A stretch of 64,000 nucleotides of DNA, taken from positions 14,818,001 through 14,882,000 of the forward strand of contig OX442314.1 in the NCBI GenBank assembly GCA_949358305.1. Reading direction: 5' to 3'. The notes under the pieces are model-generated. The model was not told where the DNA came from, ran no database searches, and saw only the letters and a program-made list of their open reading frames with translations. Of the stretch, positions 29,906-44,200 are shown one piece after another. Every line of letters starts with the position of its first letter. The stretch's first letter is position 1. This DNA is from Strigamia acuminata. Lineage: Eukaryota. Made by a program: the position numbers and the translations under genes.

Positions 29906-32900
29906 CGAGGTTATACCAAGAAAAGTGAGGGGAGAAGAAAATCAGCAAGTATGGGTAATGCAATTAAGGTGTGACAATTTCCTAGAGAAAGTGCAGTACA
30001 GATGTGGTTCCCAGTAGAAAACAAAAGTGGGTCTTTTGATTATAAAACAAAGAAAACTGTGACACCATTTTTAGCCACCTGTTTCTTGTTTTTGTGCTTT
30101 TCTTTATTCGCGTTTCGGCCCTATAGACATGTGTGCTTTCAACACTTGTTAGTTTTCAAGGTAAATATAGAAATCCGTGCAAAGGGAGATACAGTTGCAA
30201 CATTAATTGGACGTTGAGGCTAGAAAGCGTCGATTTGTTCACGTCCAATGAATTCCTACGCCCACCAATTAACACTGGATCAATCAGATTGCACGAGTGC
30301 CAAATTGACGCACGTTTGTGCGAACAAAATAAATATATTCACTGGAAATAAAGATTAAAAATTGAAAGATGCCAATAGCAACATCTTGCCAAGCTGTCAT
30401 CACAGTTTCACAAGCATTTAAAATGCTATTTTTTCTAAAACGTCCCTTTGCAGTTATCCACATCTGCGACATAAATTTTTTCTCAAAAGTTCCCAACTAC
30501 AAAAGAAGTGACAATATAAAAAGCTCACATTTCAAACGGTTAATCCCTCAAACGCTAATCTCCTTGCACTGACCACTAGTGACGTCACGTTGGCTATCGG
30601 TGAGTGAAGAAGAATCCCCAGCCTTTTACAAAGTACAAACTAGGTATGCACACCTGGACTGGAGGGGTGAACTAAGAATTTGCGGAATTCACCCATTCTC
30701 TACTACTAACTTTTGTGTAACGCGAATATCAAAATAAACCACCTACTTAAAAAGTGATTTACGACGCTTAAGGTAGAAATAATTCACTGTAAATTTCTTT
30801 TTACACACATTTTAATTAGTAAACTCTGCAAACAAGTGCAATATTTTTCAATCTTGGTTTAAACATGTCTCATTACGGTGACTATATTTTATGTTTCAAC
30901 CGTGACATTTTTTTATGGCTGAAATGTGACATTTTTTGGAATGTGTATATTCATAAACCTTGAGAATTATGTTTTCACTGAACACTGCGAAATAAAAATT
31001 AAAAATATATATTTATTTTTTATTTTAATTTTCTGGGGGTTTGTTTATTTTTATAACCCGATAAAAATGGCAGTGAAACCGAATCATCATTTAATATGAC
31101 GGACATTTTTGGCTCCACCTTGACTCCGACTCAAAACCCCGCCTCCACCAATGAAAAATATCCAACTTCCTGCCCCCTTATGACACGCCCTCTGTGTGCC
31201 ACGTTTGGCATGAGCTGGTGAAGACTTTGCTCCCAGTCAATGGAATGTAATTTTCTAACCATAAACAGCCATCAACGAAAAGTATACAGTAACATCTTTC
31301 ATATTTCTTAATTTGAGTAATTATATGAATTATTTAGGATAAAATTCCACAATTTTTTTTTTTGGAAAAAAAAGTGATTCTCACTAATTATCCGCTTATT
31401 TATTATCCTTTAACATTTAATAAAAATATTACAACTTCCCTCAAATTAAGTCTTTACGAGTGTCAAAGCAATTAAAATTGTACACATGATGTTTTCACAG
31501 AAATAAAAATCCAAATTAAAGGTAACAAAAAAAAATAATAAATATTAAACACGAATGAAAAGTCAACACAGCCCTCGTTCTGTTTACCGGATTAGCCGAC
31601 ATAATTAAAATTCAATTTCCTTCAATTTTTACAAAAAGTAAACAAAGCCAATGCTTAATTTAATTTATGACAAATTGAACGCAAAACCCCACACTCATCG
31701 TTCGTCTCGGTCTACAGTAAAACAGCCATGTCTCCAGCCGGGTCGCCGAGCGATTCTTATCGCACTTATGCGCACTGAACACAAACTTCCTTACTTTTCT
31801 TTCATGGAAAAACCACTTTTTAAACTTAAAAATAATTTTCTTCGTCTGTTGTGATCGGGGGTTCGTGAAAATGAGATTAAGCCGATACAGATAATGATAA
31901 TCAAGTGCTGGCATCGTCAATTAAATTAATTGGATCGCACTTAATCAAATTTCAAAGGTGTGGTCAAGATCAGACGTGTTGCGGGTTTTATACCCGACGT
32001 AAAGTTGTGTATTGTTCTATTTTGTGGCTTTCATTTATAGGCGTTAGTTATAAATCAGGAGATTACCTCACATTGGCATTGGAATAATGAATATAGCATT
32101 AGAGAAAAGGGAACAGAACAATTTTCCAACTCAATCAATGGACTCGAATGAAAAGAAGAAGGGAATATTTTAATCCAGCTGCCATCTGCAGAAAAAACGA
32201 AACGGAAGCCACATTTCTTTTTTTAAAACTGAAAGAAAAACACCGGCAGGCAATAAATAATAATAATAACGATGAATATTGTCATCTAAGTTTCCAATCA
32301 TCTCACAAAGATTTTCTCAAGTTAGCCGTATAATTCGAAACAAAAAGTTTTAAACCAATATTCAACACATTGATTCTTTGTGCTTTTTCGTGTAAGCTCG
32401 AGACTCAAACTGCACCATCCGTGATGTTGGCTCATGGGTTCAAGCCTAAGATTGACACGACTGTAATTCTAGGCTTGCTAAGCCTTTGTAATGGGCAGCT
32501 TACTAGTATTAGGCTCGAGCACAAGCCTTCAGACAAACAAACGGCACCCACCTTCATCATGCACCTATTAATAACTGAAAAAGGGTATCGCAACAAAAAT
32601 ACTAAGCAACAAATTTTTCTAAATAGAAACAAAAAAGCGAAGGCGGTGGGTGGTCTCTTTATATCTTTAAAAGTGTATGTAAAAGGTTGACAAATTTTCA
32701 AAAAGAAAAATAGGCTCTTTGTCCCAGAAGAAGGGGCCGACGAATGGAGTCGCAGATGTGACCAATAGGGCTGCTGTCAACGCGTTACCCAGGGAGACCG
32801 CACGCGCACGCGCACGAAATTTGACGGGCATCTATTGAAGGAGCCGTCAGGACCACCATTGAACCTCTTCTGGTTTCCAATGACGACCGCCAAACAGTAG

Positions 32901-35222
32901 AAACAGCGCATGAAAAGAGTAGGGAAAGATTTCACAAGAGTGCTGCCACTGTGCCAAGACGCCGTCTGGACGCTTCAGCTTTCAAGAGTCGCTTTTGCTG
33001 CATTCAAAGAAATATTTTATGCCAAGAAAAGAGAAAGGAAAAAAATATATTTGAAAAAAAAATTTTACGGTCATCAACAGCAATTTATCGTGTAATTGCC
33101 ATCACATTGCGTTTCTTTTGTCAAAGCCGTCTTTTTTGATGTCATTAAATTTGATAGAAGGGAAAAACCTTTGAAGAGTGCGACTATGCGGAAAATGCGT
33201 TGCAGATGTTAAAAAAAATATAAAAGATTCATGTATCACTTTTTGACTTTCATTTTTCAGGTGTTAGTGTAAGTTTGAGTTCTGTGTGCTTGTTTTTACC
33301 ACTCACGATTTACCTTGATGTGGGTTTTGCAGAGACTGGTCACAATTGACGTCACGTCTCCCCTCGCCACTTATCTACACAACAATTATTTACTCGTATA
33401 TCGAATTTCCCCCATTGACATTGGAAACCAGAGAGAGTCAACAAGCGTCTCTTATACGCTCTTCTCACCTTTTCCTCCAACCTCCAACGCAATCTATAAC
33501 GAATTGAGCATTTAGCTAATTACCGTATTATTTTACGACACATTTTGCAATTAAATACATTTATTCTTCGTGGTTTTAGCCAAATGGTGGCACAAACACC
33601 TGAAAACGCCAGCAATGCACTTGCAAAGAGGAGCGCTCAAAGACACGACACCGGAGTAACCGGATCAGCTCTAGCGGGGCCCGAGTGAGGTCGGGCGGGG
33701 TTTTCACGCCGAGATCGGTTGAGAACGGGGGTTTAATGCGATGTGACAAGCCAAAAGCAGACGGAACAGATGCACGCGTCCCTTAATGGCGGATGACCCC
33801 CTGGAGATAGCAGGAGGCGGACATGGATAATTGGAGCGAAGGGACCGAGAGGCAAGTTTATCCTAACTTAACTTTTAACAAGTTCATAATATTCAGACCT
33901 CGACTGACCTCCCCAGTGCCTGCAAGTTCGAATTTTAAAGGATTAGGCGCTGAATCTGTTTGTTTGATGATAGGGGGCAGCGAGTAGTAGGCGGAGTAAC
34001 GACCTTAACCTGCAATTAGAGTGAGAATGAGTGACCTGGCTCGCGTCGAAAAATCTCTGCACCATTATTATTCGTTAAAAATTATGTGTAAATAAAATGT
34101 TTGCACAGTTAAAGAGAAACTAAAAAGCAAACTGGATTAAAAGATCCGATTGCCAGATAGGGCTAATAATTGGCTGGAAATCAGTCGGTGGTGACAATCT
34201 GAAAATCCTCATCAAATGATGGCAATTAAGGGGGTAATTTTTTCCCTTCAAAACACCAGATTTCCTACGATAAACATTGGAAGAAAGAGAAATAACTTGA
34301 CGCGCTCTTTTGCTTCTAAATTCGATCGCGTGACTCTGAGCTATGAAGAAGACATGTCATTTTCTTCATCCATTAATTAGATAAATTCAACTTCTAATTA
34401 TTTTTCTTCTTCTTGGGGTAATTTTTCTTTTATTGTCATGACTTTGCTCTCTTTCTAGATTTTAGATTTTAGACAATTATTCTGTGTACGCGAGATCTTC
34501 TCACGGATCCAATAGCTCTCCGTCACGGTTAGAGCAGCAACGGATGCGTGTGAGCATAGGCTACAGGACATTGCGCCCGCCCGCGCCTCACGCAACTCAC
34601 GGCCGGCGACCACTACACGTGCCGCCGGCCACATTTTTAGCTGTTTAATTTGATTTTCTAAAATGAAAATTATTTCCACCGTTTAACTACACGTCTTGAC
34701 ATATTTCTCATGATTATTAAGAAAAAAATTTTCCGCTTCAATTATTTTTAATATTTAAGTGTTTAGTAAGTAGTCTAATTAAAATCGACCATCAAGAAAA
34801 AATCTAAAATACGTACAAGTTAAATTAAGAAACGTCATAAATATTATATGCACCGTAATAGTTTATAAGGAATCAATATTGATTCAAATCTTCTTATTCA
34901 ACTCATAAAATATTAAAATGTTAAAGTTTTAATTTGCTATGAGACAAGTAATAATATCAAAAGTCTATTTAATGTCTGTAGTAAGATTAAAAAAATAAAA
35001 GAGGTAATTACTTCATACTTAACGACATCAAAGCTAGTAGAAAGAAGCCTAACAAATTAGCATAACAAATCAATATCATATCACACAAAGTGTTGACAGT
35101 TTTTAACCCACATTTTAAACTCTAGCTTTATAAAACAGAATTTTACGTCACGTTTTATTAACATTCCATTAAATCAGCAATAACAATTTATATTTTATAA
35201 TATTTTTGCATAGTTAGTAACA

Positions 35223-35266
35223 ACATTTTACTCAAAAATGATTTAAGTCATTTTTGAGTAAAATGT
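35223..35266. repeat. 44-bp near-perfect palindrome
   Basis: ACATTTTACTCAAAAATGA-tttaag-TCATTTTTGAGTAAAATGT: perfect 19-bp arms with a 6-nt spacer. Confidence 0.9.
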
Positions 35267-38200
35267 ACAAAAGATGAGAGGGTTGAATGGGGTCAGCAGC
35301 CACGAACAGAGGACTTGAACTGGAGAACACTACCAGCTTCTAATTACTGGAAAACAATACTGAGGCCAGGCACGCACACACACCGTCCCTCACGCTATCC
35401 TCGTTTGATAGCGACGGGCGTGCGCTTGGCTGGCCACGGCCGACCCTCACTGAAGAGTGGGGCCACCGAAAACGAAACCTCGGCCCACAGCCCACTGATT
35501 TGGGCACAACTAACCGAGCATACACTTCCTCAAGTGTAAATTTGTTGTCACATAAAAAAGTGTTTGTTTTGTTTTTTTAATTAGTCGGATTTATTTGTTT
35601 GTAAATAACTTTGAAAGTGAAACAAAAATAGTTCAGATGCTAGAGTAAAATCTTTTAAGGAAAGTATTGTCTTTGACAGACAGTATACTGTAAGTACGGG
35701 ATGTATTGGCGATAAAGATGAGTAATAAGGGCAGTCACTCAGAGAGGTTATATTCAAAGAAAAAAAACAACAATAAAGTTAGTTTTCTCATAAAAGTTCA
35801 TGGAATGTTCTTTCTTTTAAGTAAAACAGGTCATGTAAAAAAGATGATTTTTGCCAAGAAAAACTTGCAACTTGTAATTACGTATTAAATGTATCAGGAA
35901 AGTCCCGTTTTACACATTTCAGCTGCAAAAACCATTCTAAAAGATTTAGTTGATTAAAAATCATGTAAAATGAAGAAATATACTACGTATTATCATCCAT
36001 ATTAACTTAACTAATTTACACGCCGAAATGTACAAACAAAGAAAAGCATGCAGATAGGAAAGAAACGATTAGCGTTGAGATTGAAAGAATTAATAAATAG
36101 TCATGTAATCAGTTGCAAGTGGCCGCAAAACGCGATCAAGTGTTATGAATCAACTATGACTCGTCGAGCAATTAGACTTGAGAGTAAAAGAAAACACACA
36201 GGAAACAGGAAAGGAGAGAGAACATTCAACGCATGTTAATCAAGGACTTGGCCCCAGGTATAAATTTCATTCTCGATACATCAAGTCTAATAACAACTGC
36301 ATCAAACATATCCAAGCACATATTCAATGCTATTGCTCACACCTGACTTGATCACCGCTCGCTCTTGTCAAGATTCTTTCAGCCAGGTGTCTTCAGTTTT
36401 GCTTACCGTCCATTCGGACTTAAAAATAAAAATTCCAAATCCTTTGCCACTTTTTCTACAGCTTGTTTGCACATATTCACAAATGTATCGAGTCAATTTC
36501 ACAGTCTTACCTGTCGTTGTAAAAGCAATTGCGGATCATCCAGCGTAGAGAACGCACGGGGGGCCAGCGTGGTCCACGGACGACAACGCCGTTTCTCCTC
36601 ACACGGGTCCGGCGTCCACGTCGAGGCCGTCACGCGGTGTTGAGCTGCCCTCTGGCGGGAACAGCCAATCACAGCTTGGTTCGCAGCCACATTGACTCCA
36701 TCGCGCCCCCGTTCGGCGCACATCCAACACTTTGCTCAACACGCCGCCCCTCCTCTGCACGGCCCAAATGAACTCGTCCACATGTGGACCTTTTTCTACC
36801 CTCTGGACAAAGAATTGCACCTTTGATGTAACATTTATTAGCCTCGTTAGAGGGGTAGATTAAAATTAAAACGCATCACACCTCAAGACGATTTCTTATG
36901 ATCGAAAAGAAATTCTTATGATTCATGCGTTGCGCAGGAATGCATATTCCTAAAAAGAAAAATACATGTCAATTTTTATAATTTTCCAATTATAATACAA
37001 GATCTGTTTAATTTTACAAATTATTTAAATTGTTATTCACTTATTCTGAAGGTCGCTTTAGTGACCAATGCTTAATAGGACCTTTAGCGACTGCTGTCGC
37101 CCGAGGCAGGATTGGATGGCACGTGAACCTGGACCAGTGAGGGCTCTGTGGCCGACGATTCAACGCCAGCAACCACGTAGAAAATTGGCGGATAATGTGG
37201 CATGGTGCATATAAGGCTTTCCCCTACACTTCTCGTTAACATGAGAATAGCCTCGCGTGTTTACTTGTCGCCATCGCCATGTTTTAGCCCCTCGGCCGGC
37301 CGGAAGTGAGGGCAGTCCCCGTGCGCACGCTACCCTGGGTCGGTGAAGAGACAAAACTTTGCCCTCGCTCACCCTATTTTTACTTGGCTTGTCCCCAGGC
37401 GACAGGACCAGAAGAACAAGGTGTAACAAGAAAAAGTCTCCATGAGAAAATTCTTCTTTTAGCAAGTTGAATTTGTTTTAATCGAGGTGTCGAAACATTT
37501 GCAATCTAAAAAATTTAACAAAAATTTAAAAAAAATTTAAAAAAAATTAAAAAATGAGTAAAAATGAGAAAAAGTACATTTAAATAAATGCTAATTAGTT
37601 GGTTAGCTTTGCTGCGATGCTATCTGAGGTTTTATGCAGTAAAGTGCAACTTTATCATGTTTTTTGATTTCTAAGTGTCCCCACGGGAGAACTCAATGGG
37701 GGGTTATCAAGATGTGGAGCTGGAAAAATAAGGCCGACAGCATTCCTACAGGTGTGGGGGTGGTGATAAGCAGCTGTCACTCACCTCACGCCATGAATAA
37801 CACGGTCCAGGTGACTTATAGCTTGTAGTTTGCACTGTAAACTAAAACCAGAGTGTTTATACTAAGGTGTAATTTAAGAGGTGCTACTTAATTTATTATG
37901 CAAACAGCACTCGTGCATCCACTATGACCAACCGCTAATTTACATGTTTGTAAAACGTGACCAAAAATTAAAATAATGGCAAAAAAGAATGGAGGTGTTT
38001 TTCGTTTGCGGTTTTTGTTATGTGTAGCGCCTTCCGTCGTCTACACAATTGGTTCTTGAGCTGTTTAATCCTGTTGACATAAGAAAATAATCTGCTATGT
38101 TGCCGATTACGGATTACTCGGCCCAAAAGTGTTTGGTAAAGATTATAGAAGAGGCAGAAGAGAAGAAGGAGCGCAAGGAGGTGCAACCAAAACAGCAACA

Positions 38201-41200
38201 CCTCTTGATTCAAGTTGTACCTCTCTTCTCTCCTCTCCTCTCTTCTCCAGTCCACCGATCAGACAACAAGTGACCGGTCTCATGATGCACTGCACGATTT
38301 ATAAGTGCAGTCAGTGATGCACTGTTCCGTTTCATAGCCTTTCCCGGAAGTCGAACGTTGCACATGTTCAGCAAAAGACAAGTTTCTTCCTTCCTTCCTT
38401 CCTCGTGCCATTCATCTCGACAGCGACAGTTATCGTGTTTTGTTGTCTTACAAATTACTCTAACATTAATCCGTCGTGCACACCACTTTAAATTGTTGTT
38501 GTAGTAAATTATTTGACCGATTCGTTTCTCTGACATCGACTCACAGTCACACGGCAACACTCTCTTCTCTTTTCGCTCCCCCTCCCGCCCAACCAGATCT
38601 TTGTCCCGTGTGGACAGAGGGGGCAGAGAGGGCAGCGACCCGGGGTTTCACGGTTCACTTATTTAATTTAAGAACGTGAAAATGACAAAAGATTCGTTAA
38701 AACCGTCTCTTTATAAACAAGAAGAAATGTGAAATTCGAAACAAAAAATTTTTCACATATTTTATCTCACATTTTTGTGCATCAAAATTCGGCGTTTGAT
38801 AAAAAACGTAAAATATAAATAACTTACATGTGATTATGTGATTATGTGAATACATCATTTTTTAAAAACATCAAAATTCAAAATAGCCGTACTTATACAG
38901 TACATGGAACCAAAACAGACAGAATAATTAATAATTATTACAACTTCCATTTTGTTACGCAAAGGATTATTTAATTTTCATTGCCTACTTTACTATAATT
39001 TACTTGTTGTATATTATTAATTATTAATAAATAACATTCAACCTTCCTTTTCATTCCCGATTTCAGCAATCGTGTGACAATGATGATAATGAGAGATAAT
39101 GATTCTTTTCGTATACACACACATTCTGTTGTATCCATGACACCTCCCTGTCCCTGTTAGTGGTGGCAACCCCTACAGGGTTGCCTCCTCTCCAATTTGG
39201 TCTCGCAAATAGAACCTTGGGTTTGTGCGGCCCAGTGGGGTGCTTTCTGAAACTCCCTTCTTTTTCCTTTTCTCACCCCTACCAGTGCCAAAATTGGCCA
39301 ATTATCTCGCTTTTGAAAATGTCGCCATCTTTAACGTCCTTTCAAGCCGAATGAATAAACAACTGACAAGTCGACAATTCGCATTCCTTTTGGCATAAAA
39401 AAAATCTAAAGATTTAAAAAAAATTAATGGCCATTGACCACAGTGCAGTAGATGGTTACCATTAAGAAGTTTGTATTTCTCGAGGGCGTTGGTCACCCAT
39501 GGTTGAAAGAAATCTGCTTCCGTCAATTTTTTAATCCCTTAACACCTAACACACATTAGTCAAAAATAAAAACAAAACTTAAGATGCATCGCACTAATAG
39601 CAACAAAACAGCAACTCCTCTTGCACCTTTTTTAGTTTGTTGCATATGTCACGTCAATCATTTGAGTCGACATGCAGAGGGCACCCTTATCACTTGCCAC
39701 CACTGCTGTCATGGCGGCCATTCACATGACAGCCCCTTCTCATCCCAAACTCGCAGCAAAAGACGCGCTGATGAATGCGCACGTTGTTTCCTGTGGAGGC
39801 GCACGTGATACTCATTCCTGAATTCACTCGAGATGGCTTTGCTCTATTACTTTTACACCTCGTTTCCTCCGTAAAAAATTATTACTCATAAATGTAAAAA
39901 ATCCCTTGAAAACTCGCGAAATATTTAAATTGATATGTCTAGTTTTGGTTTTCCTTTCGTTACCTATAAGTCATCATTAACTCCAGGTAACCCCACGTCT
40001 ATTGAATGTGAGCAGGGATATCGCTGATGGCAACTGCCTCCCGGGGAGTAAAAAGGTCATCCGAGAGCTATAAACGAGGTCAAGTACAGATTGAGGTGAA
40101 TAAAAAAAAAAGAAAGATGGTTGCAAAACGATGCGCTTTGGTTAGTGGAAAAAAATGGCTGTGAGATGTCACTTATTGTTTCTTTGTCGAGGTAAAGATA
40201 TGTGAAGAGAAGAGAAGTAAGGAGGGGAAAAGACGCGCAGAGGGGGAAGGTGAACAAAAGAGGTTTTGGGTTTTCATGGCGGAGATATTTTTTCGTCTTA
40301 AAAAGAATATTTTTATTTCAAATGTCGTATTTGTTATTTTTTTTATTGATTTCTCTAATTGATTTATACGAAATTGTGAAAAACCAATTTATTGATAGAC
40401 GTCTTTTCGATTTAATAATCGAAAAAGAAATACGAGATGAAAATTAAAAAAAATTATTTAACGACCGGACTTTTTAATTTTTTTTTTAATTTTTATCATT
40501 TTACAAATCTCCACCGGATGTTGCTATCAAATATTATTATTTAAAAAATTATTTAAAAAATCCCACTTTTAGTTGCACTCAAGGTTGTTATTGTTACATT
40601 ATACAGTAAAAATCCACCTTCAATTAACTCACCTGTTACATAATTTGTGTTGGGAAAAAAAGTTTTGTATCAGAGTGGAGAATCAAAATCATTATCATTT
40701 CATTATTAAAAATTGCGGAAGTGATGTCACTGCGGTCAAAGGTCAACAAATTCTGCTAAAACCTCCTTCGTATAAAAGCTAATAAAAATCGTGACAGATC
40801 CATACGATGTCTTTACGCTTGACCACTCTTCGGTAGGTAAGATCTCACGTAAGAAATGCCTCTTTTAGCTGCGCTTCGCAGCCCCACTCACCTGAACATT
40901 TCGCAGATGGCTCATTAATGTGATTGCAATGTAGATAACGTCAAGTCGTACAACTCAAAAAAATAAATAATTCAAAACAGATCTAAAGTCATTCGTCAGT
41001 TTTTTAGGCAATTTCTTTCCTTTTGTTTTTTTTATAATACATTTATTTTTATTATAACACAAACTAATTTCCCGAAATTAGAAAATTAATAAAAAATAAG
41101 ACATAGATGATGCACGCGACCCCCATCTAATATTACCAACTGTGTTTTACTCCCATCAGTGGCACTTTGACGGCGATCAGGTGACTAATTGCATCAAGCC

Positions 41201-44200
41201 CTCAACAACAGTGGCAATGGAGAGAAGAGTGGGGAGATGAGGTTGGCACGGGGGAGGAATATAAGGGCTATACGTGGAATATATTCCCCTCGTGCTCTTC
41301 TTGCCATGGGACAATGGCGGTGTTCCGAGTACGCCCTCGGTGGTTCTCAATAGGTTTGGTGAGAGAGCCCATCTGCTGCGCTAGCCGCAGAAGACAATAG
41401 CGCCCTCTGGCGAGGTATGAGGGTGTAGTGGGAGACTGAGAGCGGGTGTGTGGGGGTTGTAGAGGACTTGATAACTCTTATTGGCCTATATATCAGCCGC
41501 GCACTTGAGGTGCCACAAAACATCATACTAGAATTGTTAAAAGCAATAATAATAAATAAGTAAGTGATTCACCAATGCAAATAACGGATGTGGTGGTGAT
41601 TCTGGTGTAGAAAAAAAATCTATTGTTTTCTGTCGAAAGTGATGTTCGTGATTAGTGGTTACGGAACGAGGAAAAATAATACTGCGGTTAAAAATTAATA
41701 AAAAGGAATTGTTATGTTTATGTCTGTAGCTGATTGTTTGGCGCCAAAGGGTTCATTTCCACTCGAAGAATCAGGGAGCAAAACCATGTGTTTGAACGGA
41801 AGTGGTGCATGTTGGACAACAATTGTATGCAGATGAGCAAATGTGAGGAAAAATGAGGACTTGGTCTGGCTTGCCCTGTAGGCTCGCGTATAAATAACTG
41901 AGCAATTATAAACTTTTTTTCTCTTTAATTTTCTCTAATTAAATAGCTAAAAAAAATACAAAAAATTAAAAATAAATACATGAAAAGATTTTTAAAATAA
42001 AGTGGTCAGTTCCTTTCAGAATTTGGCAAACTTTGCTACGTAAAACTTTGGATTAATCCCTTTTACTGCTTTCTTAAAACATTATTAAATTAATTAAGAC
42101 AAAGTTTCAAATTTTTAATTCCCAAAAGTGGAGAGGATGAATTCATCAACTGATGTCACTTTGCCCGGTACCCGTGTGACAGATGCGGAGCCGAAGCGAA
42201 AAATAAACGTGCACGAGACGCGAGATTGATGAACTGGCGCCACGCGTTGACAGCGTTTGCCTCGTCCAGTAGCCACGCGTCACTCTTTCCGCATCTAATT
42301 TCCAGCGCACGCGGCTCATGTGTCCCCTTCTGCATCACCCTTACCAATCTATTACATTAATATTAAACCAATCAGAGATTAAAAATGAGACGCATTTTAC
42401 TTTATTATTAAGAACCATCCCTACTTACGACGACAAGACCCAATTAATCCGAGATTTGGATTTGGATGGGCCCAGCACAAGTCGATGGATGGAGAAACTT
42501 TAAGGAAATTGGGACTAACAAGCCTGATAGGCGGCTGCTCGTAATATCCTCAACATTTCTTCTTATCCTTCCTTTCATCTATGCCCTCTAGAAAATCTGA
42601 TTCATCAAATTGATTGGTTCAATAGGTCAAATGATCAAATTAACTTTCACTTTAATGTATACAGTATACACAGTATACATGCTGTGTAATAAAACGATTG
42701 ATTCATTAAAATGATTCTCGGAGGTGGAGTCGACATTTCTTCCTTTCTTTACTCGTCTGCAAAACCGTGTTTTATAACAAACAAAAAAAATCACTCTATT
42801 CAAAACATTGCTTGTTTGATATCAAAGAGCTTGACACGATCGAACATAAGACCTTTCACCTTGCTTGCATTCTTCTTTCTCACCATTTACGTATGAAAAA
42901 CCAATCCGAATAAAGAACACATTTTTCTTTCGGTGTCCCTATTGGTTCCTTTTTTATCAAGCATTGGAGCAGAATCAGCAGCACAGCATTTCCATCGGAA
43001 GATGGCGGGAAAAACAGCAGCTGACGACGACTATGAATTCAAAGTTGCTTCTCACTCATGTTAGATTTGCATATAATCTCAACCTCATTACAATGAAAAT
43101 AAATTTGTTTTTTTTTCTATTATAATTTTGCTCTAAATAAATGATATTTTGTCATTACCGGTATACCGGTTAAAACTTTCACTTTTTACATTGTTGCAAT
43201 AATTTATTTTAAATTAGGTTAGTTCAGGCAAATTTACCCTTTAGTTGCCCAACTTTGCAAGGTCATTCTAATAAAAGGCAGTGGCGAACGTGAGTAAGTT
43301 GACCCAGAGGTTAATCTTTTCCTCCTCCTCCTCATTTCGTTGCCATTGGAAACATCGCGCAAGAGATCAGAGCTTGTGCACTCGACCGAGAGCCCTCTTC
43401 AAATCGATTCTCAAGGTGTGATTTGAAAATTAGACCTCAAGCGTATAAACATTGAAACATAATGGAAAATTGATCAAATAATCAAATTTAAAAAATATAT
43501 ATGAAAAGAAAATTATCAACAGTTTAAAAATTATTATTTTTTACAGACGACAACTGATGAAGTCTTCGAGTTTACAGGTGCAAGGTGACTAATTGAAAAA
43601 GTATCCCAAGCATGCACGTGAAGCAAGGTGTTTGATTTATGAGATACTGTATACACCTGGTCAGGCCTCCAGTACCTGCGATACCGAAAGAAATGGCAAG
43701 ACGCATGCGTAAACGGTTCCTTTTATATATATATTTTTTTTATATTACTTTTGTGAGTGTGTGTGAGTTTGAGCCAGGTGGAATTGCAACCTCCCACCGT
43801 TGTCGGAATGCTGATAAGCATTCTCGTAACTATTGAAGGTTATAACCCACAAACGTCTTATAATTTATGATAAGGAAGATATTTCAATTTCTAAATTTTG
43901 CTATGACAAAGTTTGAAAAAATCTGTGCCGAATTTAGAGCTATAAACAACACCTGCTGTTAACAAAATTACCTTAAACAAGTTTTTAGTCAAGCAAGGTT
44001 GCATCTATTTTTCAAAAAAAAATATCTATATAATTTTGTAATGAATTTCTTTACGTTTTAAACTTAAGGCTTAAGCACCCATATAAAAATAACAAGCAGC
44101 ACAGAGTGAAAAAAAACTCAACTTAACACCATCTAAAATTAATAAAATAAAAAAGATTTGCGTAATTTTTGGAAAAAAAAAACACATTGACATTTATGGG

